From: Nanobdellota archaeon
GTDB lineage: Archaea > Nanobdellota > Nanobdellia > Pacearchaeales > GW2011-AR1
DNA: 64,000 nt
Direction: 5' to 3'
Assembly (NCBI GenBank): GCA_038045385.1
Contig: JBBSYE010000007.1
Location: 44,761-108,760, forward strand
Made by a program: the position numbers and the translations under genes. This document shows, in pieces, positions 48,188 to 58,572 of the stretch (positions are counted from its first letter, which is position 1; each line of letters begins with the position of its first letter). Below the pieces are notes generated by a model, which ran no database searches, was not told where the DNA came from, and worked only from the letters and a program-made list of their open reading frames with translations.

Positions 48188-49882
48188 CTATCTCTCGCTT
48201 TTCCTAATTCCCCTCTTAACTTCTTTCTCTATATCCTCTAAACTCGCAATATCCCTCACTCCTCTTTCAGGCCGGTAATGCGTAATACGAGGAAAACGCA
48301 AAGCGTGACCTGAAGAATACGTCGGACTTTTCTGAACATTCTGATAAGTCACAGAAACAATAACTTTAGGCTTCACATGAACATAATTCCCTTCTTCTTT
48401 AGTAACAAGTTTTTGCAAAATCTCATCAATCTCCTTGTAAGTCGTTCCCTCTTCAGACTTCTCTTTCAAACCAGAAGAAACCATTCCAACACTAAGAAAA
48501 TCTCCATTATGCCTACAAGCAACGTTAAAGCTAGTCAATCCTCCAGTACGCTTGCCCTTTCCATATTCCGCTCCGATAATAACTAAATCTAAATCGGCAG
48601 CTTGAGGTTTCAATTTGACAATCTGCCCAACATATCTTCCAGGTTTGTATGTAGATTCAAGATTTTTGAAAATAACTCCCTCTTCCCCTATTTTCAAAGC
48701 ATTTTTATAAAATTCTTCAGCCTTCTTAACATCGTCAGTAACAATCTGCGTCGCTAATTTGAACTTCCATCTTTCCTCTTTAACAATTGACTCTAATAGC
48801 TTTCGCCTATCTTTGAAAGGCAACTCAACACTATTCTCTCCATTATAGTAAAGAACATCAAAAACAACAACCTCCACAGGTAGCTCTCTAACCAATTTAT
48901 CAATATGATATTTTCTTTTTATTCTCTGGCTTATTCCTTCAAATGGTAAATATTTTTTCTTCTCTTTATTATACCCTACGACTTCAGAATCCAAAATAAA
49001 ACTCTTGCCTTTAACATAACTCTTAACATGCTCAACAACGTCCGGAAATTGCTTTGTCACATCCTCAAGTCTTCTAGTAAACAATTTAATCTCCTTTCCG
49101 TCAAAACTTATCAAAACTCTAAACCCATCATACTTATGCTCAATAGCTGCAGGTTTTCCACAAATCCTAAAAGCCTCATCAATCTCTGTAACTTTAACAG
49201 GCAGCATAACATTCATCGGCCTACCTGGAAGAAGCATTACATGTTCAAAAGCTTTCTTTCCCTTAAACGCCATCTCCAAAACGCGAGATAAATCCGTAAC
49301 AAGATCATAAGCATGCCTAACTTTATCATGCATCTCCAAGTCTTCAGAAAAGAAAGCTTCAACGACTGCATCAAGAAGAATAGCATCCGCAACTCCAATA
49401 CGCAAATCTCCAAGAATTGTCCTTATTATGTATCTCGCTTCATCCGAAGAAGCATTCATCAAAAGCTCAACTATAATATTCAATTTTTTATCAACTGCCC
49501 CATGTCCCTCAATTACACACAAAGACCGCAAACTAGCAAGAACGTGCTCCGCAGTCAAAGTTTTAGAAAATAAAGCCGATTGTTTCTTATGACTCCAAAG
49601 TGTAGCCGCAACATCTCCCAAGTCTCCTTCTTTACGAAAATGCTCAACTACTTTCTCGCTCTTCAATCCCGAAGATTTCGCTATTGCCTTTATTACAAGT
49701 TGCGTTGATACTCCAAATTCACGAACATCATATTCCGCAAATACCCTGCCCCTAAGAAGATAAACATATTCCTCATGTCCCCTAAAATGCGGAAGAAATT
49801 TAGCAAGTATAGAAGACTTCTCTAGTTTCCCAGTAGTCTTAGAAAGTTCATTATAAATAAGAACAATATCAGAGTATTTCAT
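48188..49882 (-). CDS. lig: ATP-dependent DNA ligase
   Basis: EHKYDGFR, ILDSEVV, EEGVIFK, ALRFPRI. Confidence 0.96.
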   Translation of the reverse strand: MKYSDIVLIYNELSKTTGKLEKSSILAKFLPHFRGHEEYVYLLRGRVFAEYDVREFGVSTQLVIKAIAKSSGLKSEKVVEHFRKEGDLGDVAATLWSHKKQSALFSKTLTAEHVLASLRSLCVIEGHGAVDKKLNIIVELLMNASSDEARYIIRTILGDLRIGVADAILLDAVVEAFFSEDLEMHDKVRHAYDLVTDLSRVLEMAFKGKKAFEHVMLLPGRPMNVMLPVKVTEIDEAFRICGKPAAIEHKYDGFRVLISFDGKEIKLFTRRLEDVTKQFPDVVEHVKSYVKGKSFILDSEVVGYNKEKKKYLPFEGISQRIKRKYHIDKLVRELPVEVVVFDVLYYNGENSVELPFKDRRKLLESIVKEERWKFKLATQIVTDDVKKAEEFYKNALKIGEEGVIFKNLESTYKPGRYVGQIVKLKPQAADLDLVIIGAEYGKGKRTGGLTSFNVACRHNGDFLSVGMVSSGLKEKSEEGTTYKEIDEILQKLVTKEEGNYVHVKPKVIVSVTYQNVQKSPTYSSGHALRFPRITHYRPERGVRDIASLEDIEKEVKRGIRKSER

Positions 49883-49930
49883 AAATGCTCCAAGAAAAAT
49901 GAATATTTAACTCTATTCGCCATCAGAACA

Positions 49931-49962
49931 TTTATAAATAGTTATACATAATAGTTATACAT
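49931..49962 (+). promoter_or_regulatory. TATA box plus perfect 13-bp tandem repeat (probable antitoxin operator)
   Basis: TTTATAAA 49931-49938; aatagttatacat at 49937-49949 and 49950-49962. Confidence 0.6.
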
Positions 49963-50188
49963 GACTTTACAAGTAAAAACGAAAAAATGGGGAAACTCTA
50001 TTGGAATAATAATACCTAGTGAGGCCGTTGAAAGATTCAATATAAAACCAGAAGAAAGATTAATGATAAAAATAGAAGGAAAAGAAAATTCCCTAAAAGA
50101 GCTTTTTGGAGCCATAAAATTTAAGAAATCTACTAAAAAAATTATAGCTGAAGCGAGAAAAGAGATGGAAAGCAAATGGGCGAGGTAA
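49961..50188 (+). CDS. AbrB/MazE-type antitoxin
   Basis: KKWGNSIGIIIP. Confidence 0.88.
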   Translation: MTLQVKTKKWGNSIGIIIPSEAVERFNIKPEERLMIKIEGKENSLKELFGAIKFKKSTKKIIAEARKEMESKWAR

Positions 50189-50550
50189 AAAAATGCTTAG
50201 ACACTTATGCTCTTGTTGAAATTGCATCAGGCAATCCAGCATTTAAAGAATATTTGAAATATCAAATAGTTATCACAGATATAACAATGGCTGAATGGTT
50301 CTTCGTTATTTTAAGAGAAGAAGGAGAAGCTGTCGCCAACTATTGGTATGAAAAAATGGAACAATATTGTTCTTCTGTAAATAGAGAAATTCTTATTGAA
50401 GCAGTGAAATTCAGACATAAAAACAAAAAATCAAACATATCTTTTTTTGATGCAGTAGGATATATATTTGCATTAAAAAATAACTACCATTTTGTTACTG
50501 GAGATAAAGAATTTGAGAATCTTGCAAATGTTGATTTCAAAAAGAAATAA
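50176..50550 (+). CDS. vapC: PIN-domain (VapC-like) toxin
   Basis: LDTYALVE, SFFDAVGY, VTGDKEF. Confidence 0.88.
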   Translation: MGEVKKCLDTYALVEIASGNPAFKEYLKYQIVITDITMAEWFFVILREEGEAVANYWYEKMEQYCSSVNREILIEAVKFRHKNKKSNISFFDAVGYIFALKNNYHFVTGDKEFENLANVDFKKK

Positions 50551-50589
50551 AGATAGTTAGCAATTTAAACCTAAAAATCTTAATAATCC

Positions 50590-52413
50590 ATGGAAGAAAA
50601 AACAAAAGTTAAATTTAGCGATAAAATAGACGCCCTAAAACTTGTTATGGGTTGGACTTTCAAAGCTTCTCCTCTCATGTTCTTTTTAATCGTCTTAATA
50701 ACAATTCTTGGCGGACTTATAGCGATAATTGAGCCATATCTTTTCAAACTAATTCTTGATAAAATAATCAGCTCAGATGGATCCACACCCAATTTAGCTT
50801 CAGCATTCGCAATAGGAATAGGCGGAATATTAATAGTGTATGCAATTGCAAGAATTACTCAAAGTATATTTTGGGACGCACAAAATGTAATAAAGAGAGT
50901 TTATGGTCAAGTTATAGATAAAGAAGCAGCCTTATTCATGATGGATAAGATTTCATCTCTTGATGCCACCTACTTTGAAAACCCAGAATATCACACAACA
51001 CTCTCAAAAGCAAACGACGCCCTTTGGAGAGCAAATGAATTTTTCTGGCAATCTACTTTTTTATTTGGACAATTAGTAAGCATCATAGTAATAATCGGAA
51101 CATTAATCTCATTCAGTCCGCTAGTTGTCCTTTTAGTCATTCTCGGCACAATGCCTTCAATAATCTTGGCTTTCAAAACAACAGATGTAGTCTGGAACGC
51201 ATTTGACGTCTATTCCCCAATAAGAAAAGAGGCAGGGTATTACAGAAGAATAATGACTGAAAGGCAGGATGCAATAAAAGAAATTAGATTATTTGGACTC
51301 CAAACACATTTTCTTGAAAAGTTCAGATTATTAGTTAATCAATTTGTAGCTAAGCAAAAAAAGGCTGCAATAAAGGAAACGTCCTTACTCGTACTTATGG
51401 GGATAATTGAAGGAATATTTTCACTAATTGCTGCTTGGATTGTTATAAAATCATTTATAGCTCAAGAAATTTCAATCGGCACCCTCACATTTCTTTGGGC
51501 TTTGCTTTTCCAATTCGCTGGGACTACAAGATGGGCAGTTCGAATGATTGGAGAAATAAACGAAACTGCAACATTTGTAACTCCTTTAGCAAAAGTAAGC
51601 AAATTTCGACCAATGATCATTGAAGTTGAAAATGCTAAAGAATTCCCAGAAAAACTTTCAATAGGGATTGAATTTAAAAATGTCTCTTTCAAATATCCCG
51701 GAAGTAACTCTTATGCTTTAAAAAAAGCAAGTTTTACAATAAAGTCAGGAGAAAGTATAGCCTTGGTTGGAGAAAATGGCTGTGGAAAAACAACCCTAGT
51801 AAAATTGCTAACTAGACTATATGACGTAACAGAAGGAGAAATCTTAATTGACGGAATAAACATAAAAAATTATTCAATTGAATCACTTCATAAAAATATA
51901 GGAATAATTTTCCAAGATTTCATGAAATATGAAGCTCTTGTTGAAGAAAACATCTCTTATGGAGACATAGGAAGAAAACAACGTTCGGCAAATGTTCAAG
52001 ATTCGGCAAAAAAATCAGGTGCATCTGAATTCATTAAAGATTTAGAAAGCGAGTACAAAACTCATCTCGGCAAGACATTAAAAGACAAAGGCACAGAACT
52101 ATCAGTTGGCCAATGGCAAAAGATAGCTCTCGCAAGAGCATTCTTCAAAGATGCACCAATTTTAATCTTAGACGAACCAACGGCCGCGGTAGATGCAAAA
52201 GCAGAATATGAGCTTTTCAAAAAATTTGAATCTCTCACAAAAGGCAAAACGACATTCCTAATCTCACATAGATTCTCAACAGTTCGCATGGCCAGTAAAA
52301 TTATAGTAATGGACAAAGGTAGAATTATAGAACAAGGGAATCATCAAGAACTACTAAGAAAACAGGGACAATATGCAAAGCTCTTCACTCTACAAGCAAA
52401 AGGTTACCAATAA
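50590..52413 (+). CDS. ABC exporter, fused permease/ATPase
   Basis: GENGCGKTT, LSVGQWQKIALARA, LILDEPT, ISHR. Confidence 0.93.
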   Translation: MEEKTKVKFSDKIDALKLVMGWTFKASPLMFFLIVLITILGGLIAIIEPYLFKLILDKIISSDGSTPNLASAFAIGIGGILIVYAIARITQSIFWDAQNVIKRVYGQVIDKEAALFMMDKISSLDATYFENPEYHTTLSKANDALWRANEFFWQSTFLFGQLVSIIVIIGTLISFSPLVVLLVILGTMPSIILAFKTTDVVWNAFDVYSPIRKEAGYYRRIMTERQDAIKEIRLFGLQTHFLEKFRLLVNQFVAKQKKAAIKETSLLVLMGIIEGIFSLIAAWIVIKSFIAQEISIGTLTFLWALLFQFAGTTRWAVRMIGEINETATFVTPLAKVSKFRPMIIEVENAKEFPEKLSIGIEFKNVSFKYPGSNSYALKKASFTIKSGESIALVGENGCGKTTLVKLLTRLYDVTEGEILIDGINIKNYSIESLHKNIGIIFQDFMKYEALVEENISYGDIGRKQRSANVQDSAKKSGASEFIKDLESEYKTHLGKTLKDKGTELSVGQWQKIALARAFFKDAPILILDEPTAAVDAKAEYELFKKFESLTKGKTTFLISHRFSTVRMASKIIVMDKGRIIEQGNHQELLRKQGQYAKLFTLQAKGYQ

Positions 52414-53118
52414 TCACAACCAACCCTTCTTCTTCACTCCATCTTCTGTAATAACAAAATCCAATCTCTTTTCAGGCAAGCTTCTATGTTTTCTCAAGAA
52501 CGCGCTTCTTCTCCCGTTATCATTTACCAGTTCAATAAGACACTTACTCCAATATTTCATCACATCCCCAGCAACCATTCTCACCCCATCATTCCAACTA
52601 TAAACCTGATTAGTAACAATCACAGGCAACTCCTGCTTCCTAGCAATCTCCGCAAGTATTCTCATCTGTCTCGCAAGTTCAGCATTAATATCCTGTAAAG
52701 CCTCGATACCTTTCTCTCTAGCTTCAGCAAAATCAAGCCTGTAAAGCATAGTCATTCCATCAACCACAATCAAGCTCGCCTGATCTTTGATGTGTCTCAA
52801 GAGCTGCTTAAAAGCATCTTTTTGCTCGTTAAAACTAGTGGGCTTAAGCAAAAATATATTCTTCAAAACTTCCTCATAACTATCCCCAGATAGTTGTTTA
52901 ATTCTCTCAACAGAAAACCCTCCTTCACTATCAATATAAATTACTTTATTTCCTTTTTTTGCTTGTGAAACCGCAGCCAACAAGCAAAAATTAGTCTTTC
53001 CAGTTCCAGAAGCCCCAAAAATAGCGGTAATTATTCCACTTTCATACCCGCCATGAAGCCACTTATTCAAATCGTAACTTCCAGCAGAAATCTTTTCCCG
53101 AGTATCCTCGATCATCAA
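52414..53118 (-). CDS. radB: DNA repair protein RadB
   Basis: GASGTGKT, YIDSEGGFSVER, LRKHR motif. Confidence 0.93.
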   Translation of the reverse strand: MMIEDTREKISAGSYDLNKWLHGGYESGIITAIFGASGTGKTNFCLLAAVSQAKKGNKVIYIDSEGGFSVERIKQLSGDSYEEVLKNIFLLKPTSFNEQKDAFKQLLRHIKDQASLIVVDGMTMLYRLDFAEAREKGIEALQDINAELARQMRILAEIARKQELPVIVTNQVYSWNDGVRMVAGDVMKYWSKCLIELVNDNGRRSAFLRKHRSLPEKRLDFVITEDGVKKKGWL

Positions 53119-53195
53119 AAAGAACTCTCCTTCTCAATATATAAAATAGATTATAAAAAATAAGTTATAAAAAAAATAAAAATAAACCTAGATGA

Positions 53196-53390
53196 TTATC
53201 TGCGACGCTTCTTCGCAGGCATCATCTCACGTGACATATGTCCTCCTACAAAACAATTTTTGCAAGTAAACGAGTGTACCAATAGAACGATTGCCGCAAT
53301 TATGACAATCCAATCTGAGTACGCTGTCTGCCAGAACATAAACACTAAAATGACAATCGCAATGATCGCCTCACACCAGCTGTTACACAT
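53196..53390 (-). CDS. Small membrane protein with Cys residues and basic tail
   Basis: GGAGG RBS upstream; two TM helices; CKNC. Confidence 0.65.
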   Translation of the reverse strand: MCNSWCEAIIAIVILVFMFWQTAYSDWIVIIAAIVLLVHSFTCKNCFVGGHMSREMMPAKKRRR

Positions 53391-53450
53391 TTTGCTAACC
53401 TCCTTATATATAACACAAAAGAAATCAGAGCTTATAAATCTATTACTTTA

Positions 53451-53705
53451 TTACTTCTTTAAGAGAGAAGCAAACGCACTAGCATCCTTATTTATCGCAG
53501 AAACTGCATCAGCAACTGCCTTTCTAATAGTTCCAGAACTCACTTGAATCTTCATAACTAGGGGCTTAGAAGGGTGATTTCTTCTCCAAGCAGCAAACTT
53601 AACGCCCTGCTCATTCAAATAAACCCTAATTATCTCCGCTATTGTAGAATTATCAATATTAAATTCAACTTCATCCTTTTCCTGTTTAACTATCTCAATA
53701 TTCAT
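53451..53705 (-). CDS. rpoL: RNA polymerase subunit Rpo11 (RpoL)
   Basis: TIAEIIRVYL, GVKFAAWRRNHP. Confidence 0.8.
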   Translation of the reverse strand: MNIEIVKQEKDEVEFNIDNSTIAEIIRVYLNEQGVKFAAWRRNHPSKPLVMKIQVSSGTIRKAVADAVSAINKDASAFASLLKK

Positions 53706-53806
53706 CTCCCAAAGGACAAAAAATGATTTATAAAACTATCTATTCAATCAAACTTGAACAAATCGGCAGATATAAATATCTATAAAATGCCTTTAAAATA
53801 ATTAAG

Positions 53807-54493
53807 ATGAAAAAAAAGTTTTTACTTTTTGGATTGGTATTAATTTCACTAGTTGTTGTAGTGCCGGCAACTACTGATGAACAACTGAATGATTTTTTTA
53901 ATATGTATGCAACTAGCTTTCAAATAACAACTCTCTGGGCCGGTGAAGCAACTACTCCCGATGGCCAAATAGCAAAATTAGCAATTGTAAATATAGAATG
54001 GACGGACAATGAAGGGAATACCTTTCAGGAAAGACGATTTTACGCAAACTTCCAAGGGTCTGGACCAGATGTTGTTCGCCACTTTAGCGATGGACAAAAT
54101 ATTGAAACTTTGATTAGCTATCCTTCGGGAGATTGCGAACAAAAAGCACCAGATGGCAGTTGTGGAGTGAAATCCTTTGACTTTATGTATTCTTACCCAA
54201 CAATAGGCAACAGCACAGTTGATAACTCCACTGGAGAATATCTTCGTGATACAATTGAAAGCAAATATCTCTACCATAATTACCATAAATACTCCATTCA
54301 AGTTGATCCTGCAACCGGTCAAGCAACTAGTGGAGTAGTGAAAGAGATAGTCACAGACGCTAAATTTAGAGGAAAGGCAGACATTGAAGATACACCTCCA
54401 AATCTCCAAAATAAACAATCAACTTTAACATTCATCAATCAAAATGGAATTATTTCAGAAGATACTACTAAATTTTATTATTTAGTCGGATAA
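53807..54493 (+). CDS. Secreted hypothetical protein
   Basis: Signal peptide MKKKFLLFGLVLISLVVVVPA. Confidence 0.65.
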   Translation: MKKKFLLFGLVLISLVVVVPATTDEQLNDFFNMYATSFQITTLWAGEATTPDGQIAKLAIVNIEWTDNEGNTFQERRFYANFQGSGPDVVRHFSDGQNIETLISYPSGDCEQKAPDGSCGVKSFDFMYSYPTIGNSTVDNSTGEYLRDTIESKYLYHNYHKYSIQVDPATGQATSGVVKEIVTDAKFRGKADIEDTPPNLQNKQSTLTFINQNGIISEDTTKFYYLVG

Positions 54494-54494
54494 A

Positions 54495-54728
54495 GTGAAA
54501 ATGAATAAAAAACATTACTATATTATTGGACTATTGATTCTTGGAGTTATTTTATTACTCATGTTTATGCAAACTACAAAAAACACCGAAACATCAGAAA
54601 GAGAAAACAATCTAGAGATATATGATGCAATTGATTCTTCTATTGGGGAATTTTTAAATTCCAAATTAACCCTTACTCTCTTTCAATTTATTCAATCAAC
54701 TGAATATCATCCCCAAACAACTTCTTAG
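54495..54728 (+). CDS. Small membrane-anchored hypothetical protein (possibly truncated)
   Basis: N-terminal TM; 3' end overlaps the convergent gene. Confidence 0.4.
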   Translation: MKMNKKHYYIIGLLILGVILLLMFMQTTKNTETSERENNLEIYDAIDSSIGEFLNSKLTLTLFQFIQSTEYHPQTTS

Positions 54729-55272
54729 AGTTCCCAGGCTCCATCTTCTTAGCCATCTCTTTCCTTTTCTGCAAACCCGCTAAAGTTATATCTTGCGGAT
54801 AACTCTTCTGCGAATCAGCAACTCTAGCACTAGGAATCTCCACACTCTTAATAGCCACTCCTGCAAAAGAGGCCTTACGCAATTTAATAGCCAAATAACT
54901 CTCAAGCTTTGAAATCAAAATATAATCATCCTTAGGCAGTTTACCATTTTCAATTGCAATAATTTGTTCCTCACTCACATTAAGAAGATTCGCAAGTTGA
55001 TGTCTAGTCAAATTCTTCAAGCGCCTTCCTTTGGAAATTGTCCAATGGAAATTCTCAATTAAGTCTCCGCGAACATTATTAGTCTTCAAGTCTATAATAG
55101 AATGCCTCATATTCTCTCTTGCCTCTGCAGACTTCCCAGGGGCTCTTGAAGGCGGAATATAAGTCTGTTGAATCAAAGGTCTACGCAAAATAATAAGTCC
55201 TTCCTCTTTAGCCTCTTGTTCCGTAACCTTAACTATGCCCCCATCTCTCAACGCTTCAACAATAACATCCAT
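54688..55272 (-). CDS. MBF1-like XRE HTH protein
   Basis: LIENFHWTI..LTRHQLA..IIAIENGKLP..KLESYLAIKL. Confidence 0.75.
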   Translation of the reverse strand: MDVIVEALRDGGIVKVTEQEAKEEGLIILRRPLIQQTYIPPSRAPGKSAEARENMRHSIIDLKTNNVRGDLIENFHWTISKGRRLKNLTRHQLANLLNVSEEQIIAIENGKLPKDDYILISKLESYLAIKLRKASFAGVAIKSVEIPSARVADSQKSYPQDITLAGLQKRKEMAKKMEPGNSKKLFGDDIQLIE

Positions 55273-55322
55273 AAAAAGTCAACCCAAATACACTTTAAAT
55301 GGTTTATTGCCCTCTAAAGCAA

Positions 55323-55994
55323 CTATCTAAGATAGCCCTCAATCTCTTCAACATCATGATAACCATAAAGAATCTTATCTTCATTTATCAATATCGCCGG
55401 CAAGTCAGAAATATCATGTGCGCGAAGTTGCACATCAACTGCACCAAGCCCAAGATCGCCCGCAATTGGAATAAGAACAACTGAATTTCCTCTATTTTCC
55501 TTAACTTCCTTCAAAACATTAGATATAACTTTCTGCTTTGACAAAGCAAGATTGTCAGAAGGATCGCCAGAGTAAAAATAAACTATAGTATCAAACGGAT
55601 CATTACACTTTTCCTTCAAAACAATACTATTCAACCACAATTCAGTCTTAAGCAAAACATATCTCTTCTTTTCCCTAGCAAGATCATCAGTAATCTGATT
55701 TGCTTCCTCATATTTCTCAAGTAAAAGCCCATCGCTATATATCTTATCGGCAAAAATAAAGTTCTGCTCTATTGCCGCATCACATTCTGCAGAGTTAAGA
55801 GTCTGGTAATAATAATTCTGCAACTTTAAATCTAGCGCTTCAATCTCATGTTCTAAATAGTTCGTGGCAATCTTATTAGTCCTTGAAAACTCTATATAGA
55901 AACCTATTGAAAATCCAACCATAAATATCACAAGCACAACTAGCAAAGACTCAACAAATATTCTAAACTTATTATTTATTATTTTGTATACCAT
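55323..55994 (-). CDS. Membrane-anchored protein with thioredoxin-like C-terminal domain
   Basis: N-terminal TM; IVYFYS, LPAILIN. Confidence 0.65.
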   Translation of the reverse strand: MVYKIINNKFRIFVESLLVVLVIFMVGFSIGFYIEFSRTNKIATNYLEHEIEALDLKLQNYYYQTLNSAECDAAIEQNFIFADKIYSDGLLLEKYEEANQITDDLAREKKRYVLLKTELWLNSIVLKEKCNDPFDTIVYFYSGDPSDNLALSKQKVISNVLKEVKENRGNSVVLIPIAGDLGLGAVDVQLRAHDISDLPAILINEDKILYGYHDVEEIEGYLR

Positions 55995-57202
55995 CTGATA
56001 TCCTTTCTCGCAAGTTTATATATCGCAATAATAAGAGGAACTACATATAGCGACCTATAGAAAAATGAGTAAGCGAGAATCTTTAAAACACTTTTGTTGC
56101 CCGTTTCAGAGTTCAAAAAGCCAATTTTATAATAAAATATAGCTAAAGCAAAGAAAGTCAAAGCGAAAAGCATCAAAAGTGTCAGATTCAAATTCAATTC
56201 AAGATATTGAAAGGGATTATATCCAAAAAGCGAATAATATCCAGAAAGTAAATAATAAGAACCCCTTACCCAAAAATATCTAATCACAAGTATAAAACCA
56301 AGTATCGCAAAGAAGAACGAAGCTGCCACATAAGGAATGACAAAATATCCAAATTCTCCTCTTCTAAACATACTCTTCCAATACTTCTGAACAGTCTGCA
56401 ATCCTCCAAGATTCCATCTTACTCTCTGCTTAACCCAAGTAGAAAAATCACTTGGCACAGTAGTATAAACAATAGCAGAATAAGACATTCTAGTATTATA
56501 TCCCCTACTTAGAATATTCCAGGTAATCTCAATATCTTCCGTTAAATTATGCGGATCAAAACCGCCTACTTCAAGCACAACTTTTCTCCTATAAATGCTC
56601 AAAGGACCATTAGTAACGTAAACAGAATTTACAAAATCCAAAAGTTTTCGCGTCCAAGCAATTACAGAATAGTCAAGCACTTGAAATCTCTCAAGCCATC
56701 CATTCTTATTTTTAACTAAAACTCTTGAAGTCACGGCCGCAACATTCTTATCCTCAAAATGCCCAACCATCTTCATCAGCGAATCTCTAGCAGGATAAGA
56801 ATCCGCATCTACAACCGCTATCAACTCCCCTTTGGCAATTTTAATCGCCTCATTCAGCGAACGTGCTTTGCCGGAATTTATCTTATCAAGCAAAATAACT
56901 TCCCCATGTTTCCGCGCAAAAGCCCGAACTATCTCCGCAGTCCCATCCTTACTACCATCATTAATAACAATTATCTCCTTTTTCCCCGTAGGATAATTAA
57001 TATTCAAAAGGGCATTTATTGTATCAGATATACTAGACTCTTCATTATAAGCAGGAACTAAAAAAGAAACACTTCTATACTTCCCAACAGGCGGACTAGA
57101 AAAAAGTCTCTTTCTATTATGATAATGTAAAAATAGAAATATAAAAAGGAAAAACATCCCAAAGAAAAAAAGGACAATATAAGTCGTAGTTACCCAGCCC
57201 AT
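55979..57202 (-). CDS. Processive GT2 glycosyltransferase
   Basis: VPAYNEE, NDGSKD, VDAD, TED, QRVRW. Confidence 0.93.
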   Translation of the reverse strand: MGWVTTTYIVLFFFGMFFLFIFLFLHYHNRKRLFSSPPVGKYRSVSFLVPAYNEESSISDTINALLNINYPTGKKEIIVINDGSKDGTAEIVRAFARKHGEVILLDKINSGKARSLNEAIKIAKGELIAVVDADSYPARDSLMKMVGHFEDKNVAAVTSRVLVKNKNGWLERFQVLDYSVIAWTRKLLDFVNSVYVTNGPLSIYRRKVVLEVGGFDPHNLTEDIEITWNILSRGYNTRMSYSAIVYTTVPSDFSTWVKQRVRWNLGGLQTVQKYWKSMFRRGEFGYFVIPYVAASFFFAILGFILVIRYFWVRGSYYLLSGYYSLFGYNPFQYLELNLNLTLLMLFALTFFALAIFYYKIGFLNSETGNKSVLKILAYSFFYRSLYVVPLIIAIYKLARKDIRWYTK

Positions 57203-57203
57203 T

Positions 57204-57734
57204 TTATTCTCCTTCTTTCCCTATCAAATCTTTCTCTTTATTGGAATGAAAATAATCATGAAAACTATCGCTCAAGTTAAGCTCCCAAGTTCTACCACTT
57301 CTCTTCTTTGTTATTAACCCCATTGAAGCAAAATTCCTAATGTGATCATAAGCCTTATTACCTCTAATTTTTATCAGCACAGACTGCTTAACCGGCTGTT
57401 TATATGCAATAACCGCCAAAGTCTCCTGTTCGGCTCTTGAAAATTCAGAGCTTCCCGTCGCAAGCTTATTTACAATATGAACGTACTCCTGCGAAACATC
57501 CATCTTCCATAAATCCTCTTTATTCACAATTTCTAATCCGGACTCTCTATATTTATCCTGAATATCCACAAGAACTCTTCTAAGTAGAATAGGATTCAAA
57601 TCCGTCAAAGTCACCAACTCTTTCACACTCAAAAAACGTCCAGCAATAAAAAGCGCAGCCTCGACCTTCCTAGTATGCTCTTTTCCTCTAGCATCATCCG
57701 CTTCATCAATACCCTTTTCAATAAATTCTTCCAT
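57204..57734 (-). CDS. scpB: SMC-Scp complex subunit ScpB
   Basis: VEAALF, ETLAVIAYKQPV, IRGNKAYDHI. Confidence 0.9.
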   Translation of the reverse strand: MEEFIEKGIDEADDARGKEHTRKVEAALFIAGRFLSVKELVTLTDLNPILLRRVLVDIQDKYRESGLEIVNKEDLWKMDVSQEYVHIVNKLATGSSEFSRAEQETLAVIAYKQPVKQSVLIKIRGNKAYDHIRNFASMGLITKKRSGRTWELNLSDSFHDYFHSNKEKDLIGKEGE

Positions 57735-57774
57735 ATAAAAAACAACTATTCCAAGTTTTTAAAGATATACAAAA

Positions 57775-58572
57775 TTAAGCAAGAGTTATAAGAAGCCCTT
57801 CAATTATCGCGGCAATCACAAGTAAAGGAATAATCACATACACAAATACTCTAAATGACTTAGTCAATTCATCAAGAAAGCTATTAATCTGAATAGCCCT
57901 TAGTTTCCTATCGCTTACAAAAAAGACTAAACAGAAAAGCACAAGTCCAAGCAAAACACAAAGAAAACCCCCAAAAAATAACAATAAATAAACAAAGTCA
58001 TAAGCTCTTGAAGGAACAAACATAATATCCCTTATAGAAAGGAAAAATGCTAAAAGCCCCATTGATATAGCTGAAAAGCTGAATAATGCTTTCCTTTTCA
58101 TTCTCAAGTTTTTACTATAGAATTTAAAGTATCTTGAAAAAAATCCGATTCCCAACCGCAACCCAAGCCCAAGAGAAATAAATATTGCAGGCAATTCAAA
58201 TACTCCATGAGGAAGTAGCCTCCAAATAACAGTAGGTCCAAGCTCTTTAGTAGCAATAGAAATTACATAGCCAACAATAGCACCATTAATTATAGCATTA
58301 AAAATTGGAACTATGGCAAAAAATGCCCCGAAGAACAAACCTACTAAAGAACTAAGGGCATTATTTTGAAATATAAACCAAATTAAAGCAAGTCCTTGCA
58401 AGTCCTGGGTCTTATCAAGCAAATCTTTGATAGTCGTATCAAGAAATCCTAATTGAGAAGAAAAAGCAAATCCAATTATTGCAGAAATTAAAAATAAATC
58501 AATTGCTAAAAATATATATTTTTTACTTGATACTATATAATCCCAACAAGCCCTATAAACTGACTTCCTCAT
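57775..58572 (-). CDS. SpoIIM/DUF95 family membrane protein
   Basis: IFQNN, LLPHGVFELPA, AAIIEG. Confidence 0.88.
   Translation of the reverse strand: MRKSVYRACWDYIVSSKKYIFLAIDLFLISAIIGFAFSSQLGFLDTTIKDLLDKTQDLQGLALIWFIFQNNALSSLVGLFFGAFFAIVPIFNAIINGAIVGYVISIATKELGPTVIWRLLPHGVFELPAIFISLGLGLRLGIGFFSRYFKFYSKNLRMKRKALFSFSAISMGLLAFFLSIRDIMFVPSRAYDFVYLLLFFGGFLCVLLGLVLFCLVFFVSDRKLRAIQINSFLDELTKSFRVFVYVIIPLLVIAAIIEGLLITLA

Noticed and set aside
57204-57734. scpB without smc/scpA
   Set aside because: These genes are often unlinked; cannot be judged from one window
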